Shown here one piece after another: positions 44,201-55,273 of a stretch of DNA of 64,000 bases (positions are counted from its first letter, which is position 1; each line of letters begins with the position of its first letter). The notes under the pieces were generated by a model. That model was given only the letters and a program-made list of their open reading frames with translations. It was not told where the DNA came from and searched no databases. The position numbers were made by a program, and so were the translations under genes. The stretch comes from Utricularia gibba. Lineage: Eukaryota > Plantae > Magnoliophyta. Location: assembly GCA_002189035.1 (NCBI GenBank), contig CM007991.1, positions 1,736,001-1,800,000 of the forward strand. The letters run 5' to 3'.

Positions 44201-44685
44201 TTCCAAACATGGAAAGCGAAAGCCATTGTAAACATGGCAAAAAAGGACAACAATGAACGTCGATTCATTAAATGACAAACAACGACTTGACTAATCTCAG
44301 ACATAATCCTAAAGAGTCATACTTAAAGCATAACAAATCAGAACCGAAAAGAAGCAAAAAACAAGACCCTGGCTTCGATATTACCTAAAATCACATCAAC
44401 CATCCTGAAGTTGGGTAAAGAGTGGATGGGAGAATCAATTTTTTCGTCTTTCATGCAGCAGTAAACAACAAAAGTACAGAAAGAAATGAAGACCTGATAC
44501 CAGTTCCCGGCGACAAAGAGAGTAAATTTCTTTCATTCTTGCACATCACACTCGAAAGAATCTTTAGAATTTAGTTTTGAACGAACTTACTCTGGATTTT
44601 GGCAGGCGATCTTCCAGAAAACGGCATAAGACCAACGATTGACTCCACAAAGAGTCTTCAAAGCCTCTTTCAGCAGGTACCCCAT
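41246..44685 (-). CDS. LHW: bHLH transcription factor LONESOME HIGHWAY (LHW), about 10 exons
   Basis: Exon 1 (44685-44591) reads MGYLLKEALKTLCGVNRWSYAVFWKIACQNP, then LLVWEECY, GLVGRAAFTG and TVAVIPVLPHGVIQFGS. bHLH: RKRLKPGENPRPRPKDRQMIQDRVKELREIVPNGAKCSIDALLERTIKHM. ACT-like C-terminus: MLCEERGLFLEIADVIRGLGLTILKG. The stop position is slightly uncertain. Confidence 0.93.
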
Positions 44686-44766
44686 GTGAAATCAAATGCC
44701 AGTTCTCTCTGGCGATACTAAAAATGACTAGTTTTTACAAGAAAACGCAGTTCAGAAATCAGAGGA

Positions 44767-44871
44767 CTAACTCCCTCTGCAAGAACCACGGCCAGCCTGT
44801 TTTGTTCTCAACCTACAACTTCTTTTCCACAATGGATCCAAATCCCAGGCTATCACAATCTCGCAAGCCAT
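44767..44871 (-). CDS. Upstream ORF in the LHW 5' leader, 34 aa (MACEIVIAWDLDPLWKRSCRLRTKQAGRGSCRGS)
   Basis: ATG at 44871 to TAG at 44769-44767 (105 nt), ending 81 nt before the LHW ATG with no ATG in between. The C-terminal LRTKQAGRGSxRGS matches, from recall, the conserved-peptide uORF of LHW-family genes. Confidence 0.8.
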   Translation of the reverse strand: MACEIVIAWDLDPLWKRSCRLRTKQAGRGSCRGS

Positions 44872-46074
44872 TGATGAAGGATGAGAAAAAAGAAAGCGAA
44901 ATGAAGAGAAGTGGAAAGAGGGCATTTAAATCCTGGCTCTAGTGGATAAAATCCACTTAGAATTCCACAGTATCCCGCAAGCTTTAAAGCTCTCACATCT
45001 AACCAGAACCAGACATTTCTCCATTCTAAACACACGGTCTAATCACCCCCCACAAATAAAGGCTCGAAAGCAGGATTGCGGACAGGAACTTTATGCGGAT
45101 TCTAGGAAAAAAACACAAGTGAAAATGTGTTACCAAATGTAAATGCGTGGAGTTGGTAGAAATGGGGAAGAATGATTCTTTAGGTACTCTTGTTTCGGTA
45201 CAGTTCGAGGGGAAGATGAAGAGGGGAACTCGCCAGAAAAGCTCGCTCATTCACGATGATGAAGAATCGGTAGTGTGAAAAGGGGTCTGTATTTGCGATG
45301 AATTACACATTGTGCCACTGGGATGGTGGGGGTCGACCTCGACCACCTCGTCGGCTTTGTTCTTCCGGTAGTCTTTTCCAACTAATTTCAGAAAAAACAG
45401 CAGCCGCAGTGCAGCGCCTTGGAGCTGCAAAAAAGCAGCTATTTTCAGCTTTGTTTTTTACTACATTACCGATGCTTACACAAAAACACAGTTCTTCTGT
45501 TTTACCTCAAATGTCAGGATTAAAAAAATGTTGGATATGTACATTGTTGGTAGCTATGAATTTCCATGATAGGGGCTCGGTAGGTGGTACTTCCTTCACC
45601 TTGCACATTCCTATATGGTCTCCCTCATTCATGGGACAGATTCAGTAGAGAAGTTATCTGTTTGAAACTGATAAAATGCCAACTGCCTGCCTGAGAGATG
45701 AGACAAAACAGAGACGGGTGATATGAATGTGTGGTGGGATCGAACTCATGGAGGGGTGCTTGAGCAGGGGAAAAAAAGGAGAAATCTTTGAAGGATTTCT
45801 TCTCCTAGCTCCATTACGCATCTGATGTGTAATGGAGTGAGTGATTTCTTTTTTTAAAAAAAGGTACCATTATCACAAGCCCCTCTCTTTCCAAGAAAAA
45901 GTAAAAGGAGGTTAAAAAAAAGGTAAACTGTAAAACCGTGACGGTTGTTTTGTCTTTTGCTGATATTACTGCAAATTGGAATTTTCACCAACAGTACTGA
46001 GCTATTGTATTTATAAATAAAATACAAATTGGTAATTCATGGTGCTCACGCGCCCCCAAATCAATCCGCGGCGA

Positions 46075-46364
46075 AAACCCTAACTCGAATCTCTTGCCGT
46101 GACTACACTCGATTGTAGAAGGTAAGACCTCTTTCACGCAGTCTTCTTCGGCTTAATCGAACGCATTTCGCACGCGCAGGTTCTGCATTGCGAGTGTGGT
46201 TTCTTGAATGAGATTTGTTCTGTGAACGGGTATATGGTTTTCTTTTTGGCAGGATTGCTAGCTAATGTTTGGACTGCGAATGTTGTGTTGCTTGATTTAC
46301 AAGGAGAGGCGGATTTATATGACGTACGAGGCAGTGAAGTCTAAGGTGATTCCAGTGAAATAAT
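46075..46364 (+). ncRNA. Putative spliced small transcript (lncRNA or 32-aa sORF) divergent from LHW
   Basis: Telo-box AAACCCTAA at 46075-46083, donor AAG|GTAAGA at 46121/46122, acceptor TTTTTGGCAG| at 46252, ORF 46265-46363, and a second donor GTGAGT at 46365. Confidence 0.35.
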
Positions 46365-48202
46365 GTGAGTCGGCTGCATCCATTCGATATCTGATAGTGC
46401 CTTTTTGCTGTTCGGGATCTCTAATAAAGATGCTGTATTTCTTTAAACCATGATGAAAGCTGGTTGCTTTCCATATGATTCTGTATGTTAGACACTCTTA
46501 TTTTCACATTAGACAACCTGCAAAATTGCATTGTGTTTTGTGTCGTGTCTGTTGAACTGTGTGTGTATGGCTGATGTATGAGAAGGAATGAAGGCAGTGA
46601 CTTCAGACTACCTCGGATTCATGCATGAAACCCATCCAGGAATGTCATTAAACCCATTGTGAACAAATTGCTTGCGTTCATGTGAGAAAACCATTTCCCA
46701 GTTTGTGAACAATGAAATATGTTTTCATGTGGCTTTCTGAACATTCTCCTATCTAAGAATGTACTGCGGCTGTCTTCATCCTATACAATGTAACTTTTTG
46801 CTCACCTGTTATACCCTGTTTCAGTATTTGTTACTGTTTTTTTCATGTGGTGCATGGTTATGACACCATTTCTGGAAAAAAAAAAAGAAAGAACTGTATC
46901 TCACCCGAGTGCAGTATTGCGTGAAGATTTTATTGTACAATCAATGGCTGTTTTAACACTTTTTCCTGGCTATTTTGTGAAACAGAGGCAACTCAAAATT
47001 ACCCTGGCCGGCATTAACCAAAGACAGTGGGACACTACTTAAAAAAAAAAAAAGCAAAAGATAGGGCGGAAAGACATGATGCAAAACACCCCAACTGTGC
47101 AAGATCCACAAAGAGCCTGAGAATATTGACTATCTAAACAATATGCACATGTCTCTGTATCCAGTCTTCCTTTATGCACAAAACATGGATCAGTAAAGCA
47201 GGTGGATGTACATAGCCTGTTGGTCCACACAAATGCGAGTGGTGTTACTCGTACCAATCAGACACTTGAAAAGTTCAAGTACCCATGTCTGTGATCCGAG
47301 GAACAGTTGGTTTTCAAGTCTGAGGTGAGGACATTCTGGTCTTTTCATCAAGTGTTTTGTGGCCGGCCATGCCATCGAATGCGGCAGCACACAAGTACCT
47401 GGTCATGGGATGATGATGATGACGTAAGGGAGGGTTCCGGGGCTGGTAGGCCACGCCACACCCCCATGCCAAGGGACCTAATCATACCCCCAACTCAGCC
47501 TTTTTTTTAATCTGCTTTACTTTTCGTCCTCGGAATTTAGACATGAATTAAGCTGTAGGCGACCACTAAGGCGTGTTTAGTGGCATGCCACGTATGCCTG
47601 TGCAATCATTTTCTCACACGTGGCTTTTCAATTAATATTATTTAACTAACTCTAAAAATACTACTATTATTATTTTCTATAATCCTGTTTAGATTATTTT
47701 GATTTCGAAAGTTTTTAACTATTCACGTCTAACACGAGAAAATTTGACTATAGTGCGTAGATGATTATACACTATAATTAATATAATCATAAAATTACAG
47801 TATAATTATCAAATCATGTTTTTGTGTTACTTTAGACTTTTCGAAAAATCATGGACAAGGTGCTTCCCATGAGCAACAGAATCTATTATATAAGTTTGGG
47901 CCATTGTTAGATTTGGGTTTTTGATGGGCCGGACTGCCAGGTGCAGGCCCGCTTTTACATGGGAAGGTGATTTTGTAGGAACTGCACAACCATTCCACGA
48001 TTAAAAAAAAGGTACAAGAATTTTATTACGTCAAAAAAAATATTGAAGGGAACAATAGAAGCAAAACAGCTTCGATTGACTTATTCTTTTTTTTTGGATC
48101 AATAATTTTTTATTTTTGGTCTATTCCTCTTGGTTACCTGCTGCACTAAATCTCTTATTGCTCAATCATTACAACAAAAGACTGGAACTTGGGTCAACTA
48201 AT

Positions 48203-49470
48203 TTACGAGGTAGGTATGCAGTCTGCTTCCCAGAAGAGTATGGATTTCCTTGTCTCCTTACAGCCCTTCAGATATGGCAGAAAATAGTCCCCTCCGATTC
48301 CCTTCACTGCCACCGAATCCAATTTTTGATTCTCATTGCATTTTATGGTGCGGATGTTGTGGGAGCGTTTCAGAGTTGTTGGTGTGGCGGCGCCCCCGCC
48401 GCCTTTGCTCCTCCAGAAGTACTCGTACGCGTTGAAGGAAGGTGCCCTCGACGGCGGCTGAGGAATCAGGAGGGCCGCCACGCGCGGCGGGGATGGCAGG
48501 GACTGTGTGATGAGCAATTTCTTGTTGTTTGTGTCGGTCATCAATTTGGGATTCTTGTTCCCACTTGTCACCAGCCTTTTAGCAACCAACTTGTGTATCC
48601 CACTTGTTACTGCGTTCAGATTCTCGCTCACCACAAAAGCTGCTGCTTTTTTCTCCTCCGCAGACCCATCACCTTCTCCGCCGTCATCCCTTCCACCACC
48701 GCCTCCGCCGGCGTTGCACGTGGTAAGCTGAGAACCAATCGCCCATCTCGGCGCTCTGTGATAAAACGGTTTCTTGGAGGTTGTGACACAGCCTCGATCA
48801 CCAATCTGCCGTTCTCCCGCCGCGATTGGATGCACAGAGTAGTCCCATCTGCACCGGAAACAGAGGTAAGTGGCGGCGGCGGAGCAGGGGATTTCTTGTG
48901 CACCAAATGCGAACTCTGTTTTCCTCCCCTGACCCTTCCCCTATCACCAACCCCATTGAAAACTCGTGAACATGAATAGCAACTCAAGCAGCAATCAGCG
49001 CCGGTTTCGGATCCAAGAGGCTCAGTGCACATTTGGAGACTGTTATCACTCATATATCTTGCTGATCGTTTCGCAAGTGGATGAAGATACGGCGCCGGAA
49101 GCACAGAGTTCTCACTCTTTTGTGTGATCAAAGTCATGGAGCTACAATTCTCTGTTTTTTCCGGCTTCCCCTTCTGAACAATATTCTTCCAAACATCTTC
49201 CACAGAGGGGCTTCTCTCCCATTCCTCTTCACTTTCAGAAGATGATGAAGAAGAATCAGATCCATAAGAATTTGGATTCCTTTTCACCAAGGAGAAAAAC
49301 CCATTGTCCTTAAGCCACCTCCTGGACGACATATCAGCAGAGAGAGTTCTTCTGATTGAAGGTGCATTCCTAGTCCTCTCTTCTCCAAGAATGGCAACTA
49401 TTCCCTGCTTCTTCTTTATCTCCTCCTCATCCAAAGATGGAAAAAAACTCAGGCTCTTATTCATAGACAT
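48203..49470 (-). CDS. FANTASTIC FOUR (FAF)-like protein, intronless. Apparent 1-nt frameshift at about 48725.
   Basis: PSIRRTLSADMSSRRWL, PYLHPL, LQMCTEPLGSETG and the FAF domain PPPLTS...RRENGRLVIEAV...RRDGRLVL are in one frame. The C-terminal SFNAYEYFWR...YLKGCKETRKSILFWEADCIPTS* is in the adjacent frame. Confidence 0.88.
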
Positions 49471-51007
49471 CTCTATTTCTCTGCAACTGAATCAAGATCC
49501 AAACTTTCAAATCACAAACTCAGGAAAAAAAAAACTGAATTGGAAAACAGCAGCAAATGAGAAGGGAACTCGTGCCCTGCTTGTTGGTTCCAATGGCAAG
49601 TCGATGAAGCAGTATTTATGGAGGCAGAGAAGGGGACCCTACAGCTTACACCACCATGGAATCATACCTTTTTGCCTTCAACTCTCACATTCTTTACAGT
49701 ATATATACACATTATTTACAAAAATTTCTGACTCTGATTCCATTAGCACCACCAAACTGTACCGTGCTTTCTTGTTTGTCTCCTCATTCTTACAAACACT
49801 AAACAACAAGCCTTCTGGTTTTGACGTTTCCTGGTAACGCATTTCACTGTTTGGGGGCATGTTGTTCACTTGTCTGTTGGATTTGAACCGACTCTGTGTG
49901 CAGGGCTTGCCAAGTTTTACCTTTGGCAAGTTTTTTCTACCCAGAAAGCCACATGAAATGCTGCGTGCTGTGAATGCCCTTTTTCAAACTAGCCAGTCCT
50001 CATGGGGTTTCCCTTTTGGTCCCTAGACACCCTTGCCGTACCACGACCAAAGTGGGTGCCAATTTGTATACAACACCACCCCCAAAAATACAGAACCCCG
50101 ACTTATTGACATGTGTGTATTGAAAATAAGTAAACGTGTTCTTGGGTAAATATGTAATTTATAAAATATTTATTGATGATTTTATCATTTTATTTCTTTT
50201 TTATATTTTAAACATATAAATATATAATATTTTGAGCACATTTTTCTTAAGATTTGGTAATAATATTGGGAACCTGCTTAACAGGGAAGTAATCCTAGAG
50301 ACAGCTACCTCCATTATTCCCCCCAATTTCTCTTTTCCTTTTTCTCAATTCTCCCACCTACAACTAATAGTGGAGTTGACTAATTAAATTATTTGTTTAA
50401 TAACCAGAAATAGGAGATTTACAATTTCTCTACTTTTTTTTTCTATTTGTATGACTCGTAAAATAATGATAATAATAATAATATCGTGAAAAAAGAGAAC
50501 AATTCATTATGATACCCATTTTATATTTATATTAATTTTGACCCCAGAGTTGTTTGATTTTATTGCTTAGTCCCAACATTTTGTGAATTGCCTTTTTCTT
50601 ACACAGTTGTTTAAAAGTCAATAATTTGATTTGTGGGGTCTTGGTATCATATATATTTAAAAGGCAGAGACACAGTTTGTGGGATGGCCCTCACTCACAT
50701 GACCTCAAAAAGAATACTATAATTTATGAAAATTAATATCCCCATTACTTGATTCCACCATTTATTTATTAATTTAATGATAAAGATTTTGGACCACCAC
50801 CACCACCACAATTTTGTCTTTTTGCTAGGCCAAGCTGACACCATAAAGCTCACGATGGTGATGTAATTTAGTCCCATTACCCCATCATAGGTATGTGACA
50901 TGCATACATGCATGTTCACGCTAAGGACCTCCCCTCCCGGGCTACTCCCTTGGTTCGACCCTGGTGAGCTCAAAGGGGAAATCTATGTGAATCTCATGTG
51001 TTCGTTC

Positions 51008-51064
51008 GATCCATCGAATCTTTCTTGCTCGACAGGAAGGTGTAGATTGTGGTATCGATGGATC
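51008..51064. repeat. Short inverted repeat / hairpin
   Basis: GATCCATCGA (51008-51017) is the exact reverse complement of TCGATGGATC (51055-51064). Inner partial stems are AATCT/AGATT and TTCTTG/CAGGAA. Confidence 0.6.
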
Positions 51065-51780
51065 ATGGGCAAAGGAAGGCTCCCCTATGTGGGTGGTGGG
51101 AGTCATGGAACAATTTAGGAAAAGGGGGGTTTTGTAGTGCATGGCACAATGAAACCCACTTCGGTGTCGGGTATGATTGAAGTTATTCTAATGAGAGAAA
51201 AGCAATAAGAAAGGGGATTAAGGAAAGCATTGAGCAAGTGGAGTTTGTGTTTCTATGGCACGATGCGCCTTGTCCCCCTGGAAACCGATGCCACTCCTTT
51301 CCCTTTTATTCTCCTTTACATAAAGAAGATATGAGCCATATCCAACCACGACCAAATGCACTCGCTACAACCCACCCCAGGACTTTGAAATTCACTTTGA
51401 TACTAGCCTTACTACCTTAGTGTTCCTTCGCATACGGTTGTCGAATATTATACGAGATTCGAAACGACATACGTCATCACATTGAGTCAGCTTATAATAT
51501 AATCCTTTTGTCCAATGATGAAACTTAAATTGCATTTTTGGCCTGGTGATGGTTTCTTGGACACTATTTCATAGCTCAAGAAGGGACCTAATGACAAATA
51601 ACGTAATTAAGTGGCACGAACGCAAAAAAGATAGTATTGGACGGCATTATTAAAAAATGATATTATTTATTCACGTTAATAATGATTATTAAAATATGTA
51701 TATATTGAGCGCTGTCACCCCCCGCCATAATATTAATATTTTATTTCAAATTTACCTGTTTGTCCGAATCTTCAGGGGGG

Positions 51781-52041
51781 ACGTATCACGTACATACGTC
51801 GCGTCCAGAAAGGCAAGCCCATCACAGCCACGCATATCACGAATTAGGTTCCTCCACGTGTCGCTGTCTGAAATGAACACGTCTCTTCATCGTCAGCGTC
51901 TACAAATATGTAGGCAGGACGGAACAGTTTCCATTCTATCACTACGCCATATAATCCGACTCTGTCCCCGTCGTTGGCTGCCACGTGTCATTTCTTCTTT
52001 CAAATGTACGCCTTATCAACGAATGCAAGTTTTTTATATAA
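51781..52041 (+). promoter_or_regulatory. ABRE/G-box-rich promoter with TATA box and no recognisable downstream CDS
   Basis: CCACGTGTC occurs at 51854-51862 and 51981-51989, other ACGT cores at 51781, 51788, 51796 and 51879, and TATATAA at 52035-52041. Confidence 0.5.
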
Positions 52042-54497
52042 GACCGTACATCTTCTCATGTGCTCCCCGATCACTACCCAACTGCACAATTTCACGACGA
52101 GGAGCTTCTTGAACAGCCAAGCATCTTGTAAGGAGTGAACTTGCACGTGTTGGTTGCCGGGTGGTGCACCAAATGATGTCGAGGCACCCATCGTGCTATC
52201 AAGATCTATAGTGAAAGAGTGTACGAGTGTAACTTGCTCCTCGATTAACCTTTCGTTGTCTCATTGTGTCATGAAGATGAGATGTTAGAAAACCAGAAAA
52301 GTGGAAAAAGTGCATTGAATTTAGTTAATAAGAGATCAAATTGTTGAAATTAAAGATATAATCGTAAATCATATTAAAAAAAATTAGAATTAATCAATTA
52401 TTAATAATTTATAATTTATTATATACTTGATTATTTCAATTTTAAATCTCAACATAAGATTGTTTTTTTTCTAATGCAAATTCCTTGAAATTGATGTCGT
52501 GCCCATCCCACCCTCCTCCGATTCTCAATTTCAGTCCCATATTAATCCATCTGCTTAAGGATGCATGCACATTTGTTAGCTTTATGTGGGCAGTCGACAT
52601 CCGATGATGTCGTAACGTGGATGGCCGGATGGGAAGGTCAGGGAGGAGAACCTAAGAAGAGGACAAGGGCATGCAAGTGGGCAGGCCGGAACTTTTTCCT
52701 TTGTAACTATGTGACCAGTGGCCTCCAAATCTGGTCAGATTCGTTTCCTTGGGAATTGGTTACCAGCCCAGCAGAATCTCCTTCCGTATATTCCATTCCC
52801 ACACAGTAGCCCAAAAGTACACCCACTCAACACAGTAACACTGACCTCATTCATATCATCATTTCAGACAGCCTCTTATTCTGATCAAACAAACAAAAGA
52901 AGAAAAAAAACTTCAAAAGATTAGGCACTGTGAGTAAACGGGGTGATGCGTATGGTTTATTAATGCTAATGACTTCTCATAATCAACACGATGGGTACAG
53001 TTTATGATAATAAACAAACACTATTTCTGAAAAAGTGGTAAGACGTAGTTGGTATTGGCAAAGACGGGTGTTTTGGAACGTAGTAGTCACCATTGGAAAG
53101 GTATAAAGCTGCCTGTGTGACGACCAGGGGAGGAAATAAAGAATTGCAACTTGTGCTTCTTAGGAGCCATGGGTGGAGTTACATGCCCCATAGACCACTC
53201 CTATGTTATCAGCAACGTTCATGTTGAATGGAATTACACCAGAATTGACTTCATACAGGAGAGTGCGCATAGCACATATTTATTGATACGTGCCCAACTA
53301 CTTGATGTATAGTACTATCGTGCCCAATATTTTGGTATTAACAAGCCAAGATATAGGGTGAAAGGCAACACTCTAAGGTATATTTCATCAATAGCGAGGC
53401 CAGGTTCTTGTCGATAATGGATAAAATATATGGCTCTCATAGGATGGGGAAATAAGAACAAAGGGAAGGATAAGATGGAATTGGATGCGACGCTGATATG
53501 GGAGTAGTAAGCACGCGCAACTCTGCGTTCGGAATCTCTCGATAAAGAGATGAATAAGATGATTTGTTTTTGTGCGAATATACAAAGGCATGATGAAAAA
53601 CATGATGGACAGAGTTCCCGGGGACTATGAACGACACCATTTTGATGAAAAACATTAGAACATCATTTGTATCATATGATGTAATAATTTTTCAGGAGTT
53701 GAAAAACATAATAGCCTTAGAAAATTATTTTGCAGGTCTCTCTCCATTTAAAGGCTTTACTTTCAGTGTAAATTATTTATTCTTTGCACATCAAGACCAG
53801 CCGCCTTTTTCTACACACCGAGATTATTAACTTTTTGAATTCAAATAAAATATGTACACGAAAGAAACGGACAAGCTGTGAAACAACAAGTTCTACAACA
53901 CTGTAACCAAACAAGATAAAATTGATCATAATAATAATAATTATAATAAAATAAATATTGGGCCTGTGCGCAGCCCAATATTTCAGGTCCAGAGACGTGT
54001 GTGGGCTCACATTTGTCTCTAAGTTGGCCAACGGGTTTGATATCGTGGTTGGGCTGCCGTACAAGGTAATATATCCAAAACTATATGTTAAGTATATATT
54101 GTGACATTTTATGCGGTTTCTCCCATCACCAACTCTGAATTGGTCTCGAAAAAACTTATCCTAGTGCTATTGCATCCCAAAACTTATGTTTAGATCGACG
54201 AGCATGATCGGTTGGGTGAGACTACTTACTCCACAAGGGGTTAGGTTCGTGTGATCATCTTACTTAGTAGTAACATGTATGATAAGGGGAATGGGTTCCT
54301 TGGAGATAGGTGATGACATTAGTGTGAGTGCGTGACATCTCACTTTCAGCTCAGTTACTAGCAGTGGCGAGTCCCCCACTCTGGTTTGGGGAAGGACCAT
54401 ATGATTGCCCAATCATTCATCTCCTTCACTGTGGAGACATTATGGGTGGCAGCAGGCAGGTACCAACAACACGACTGCTCCATTTATGACTCAAAAA

Positions 54498-54524
54498 GAA
54501 GAAGAAGAAGAAGAAGATGATGAT
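54498..54524 (+). repeat. Compound microsatellite (GAA)6(GAT)3
   Basis: Read directly from the sequence. Confidence 0.85.
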
Positions 54525-55273
54525 GAGGACGAGGAATGAATCCAAGTTCGCGAGGGGTGGGTGGGGGACTACCAACCAACGACTCCTTGGCACTGAATCC
54601 CATATCAATCTCTCTCACAAACACATGTGGGTTCGTGTCTTCAGTGTCACACTTGGCTGTATCTTGAAAAGAAATGAGCTTGTCCTTTTTATGCTTGGGG
54701 GGATTCCCGGTTGAAACTCAAGTGTCTTGTCTGCCTCATCTTATCACCCCCGACTTATGTGTAACACCAGACAATCCCACATCGACAAAAAATCTTAGTC
54801 CTCTAATTTCAAGCCAACATCATTGAACCATCCTCTATACAGGTGAAAAAAAATGTGTTCATGTTGAGAGAATTTGCTGCATGATAGTTCATATCATCAT
54901 AACATCGAAATTGAAAAATGAAATAATCAAATATATATAAGAAAATATAAATTATAAATAATCTATTGGATCTAATGTGTTTACCACCTATCCGATCATT
55001 AATTTTAACATTAGGGTCATCGTGCCTTCTCCACTTTGAAACACACACGTGAGTGGTAGTTAATAGTTACAGTTTATACAGTTACGAAGGAGAATCCAAC
55101 CTCATTCCTTTGTAATAATTGTGTATAGATTAAAAATAATATCTTTCCGTTAAAAAAAGTAGTCGTGGATAAAAAAAAGCATAATAATAACTAATAACAA
55201 TATAAAGTCTACTTAATTTTTTATTAATTTAAAATAAAATAAAAAACATTGTTTTCGATAGGCTTTTCATTTC

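Noticed and set aside
46450-46580. C-box-like ATGATGA suggesting an intronic C/D snoRNA
   Set aside because: There is no nearby D box with a terminal stem, and no rRNA-complementary guide was recognised.
47563-47583. CCACTAA/TTAGTGG stem with a Tourist-MITE-like TAA-GGCGTGTTTAGT end
   Set aside because: No matching second terminal inverted repeat or target-site duplication was found.
48116-48979. 287-aa antisense ORF over the FAF-like gene
   Set aside because: It starts at TTG, overlaps a GC-rich CDS and contains no recognisable domain.
50951-50962. GGTTCGACCC resembling a tRNA T-loop/B-box
   Set aside because: No A-box and no cloverleaf pairing.
52114-52133. Similarity of the hairpin 5' arm to miR169 (CAGCCAAG...)
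   Set aside because: Only the first 8 nt match, with several mismatches and gaps afterwards. It is not called as miR169.
54486-54539. Acidic mini-ORF MTQKEEEEEEDDDEDEE
   Set aside because: It is simply the translation of the (GAA)(GAT) microsatellite.
54758-54784. ATCCCACATCG matching the plant snRNA upstream sequence element, also resembling a TRIM/LTR end (TGTAACA...ATCCCACATCG)
   Set aside because: There is no TATA box at the required spacing and no snRNA-like sequence downstream. No second LTR, PBS or PPT was found.
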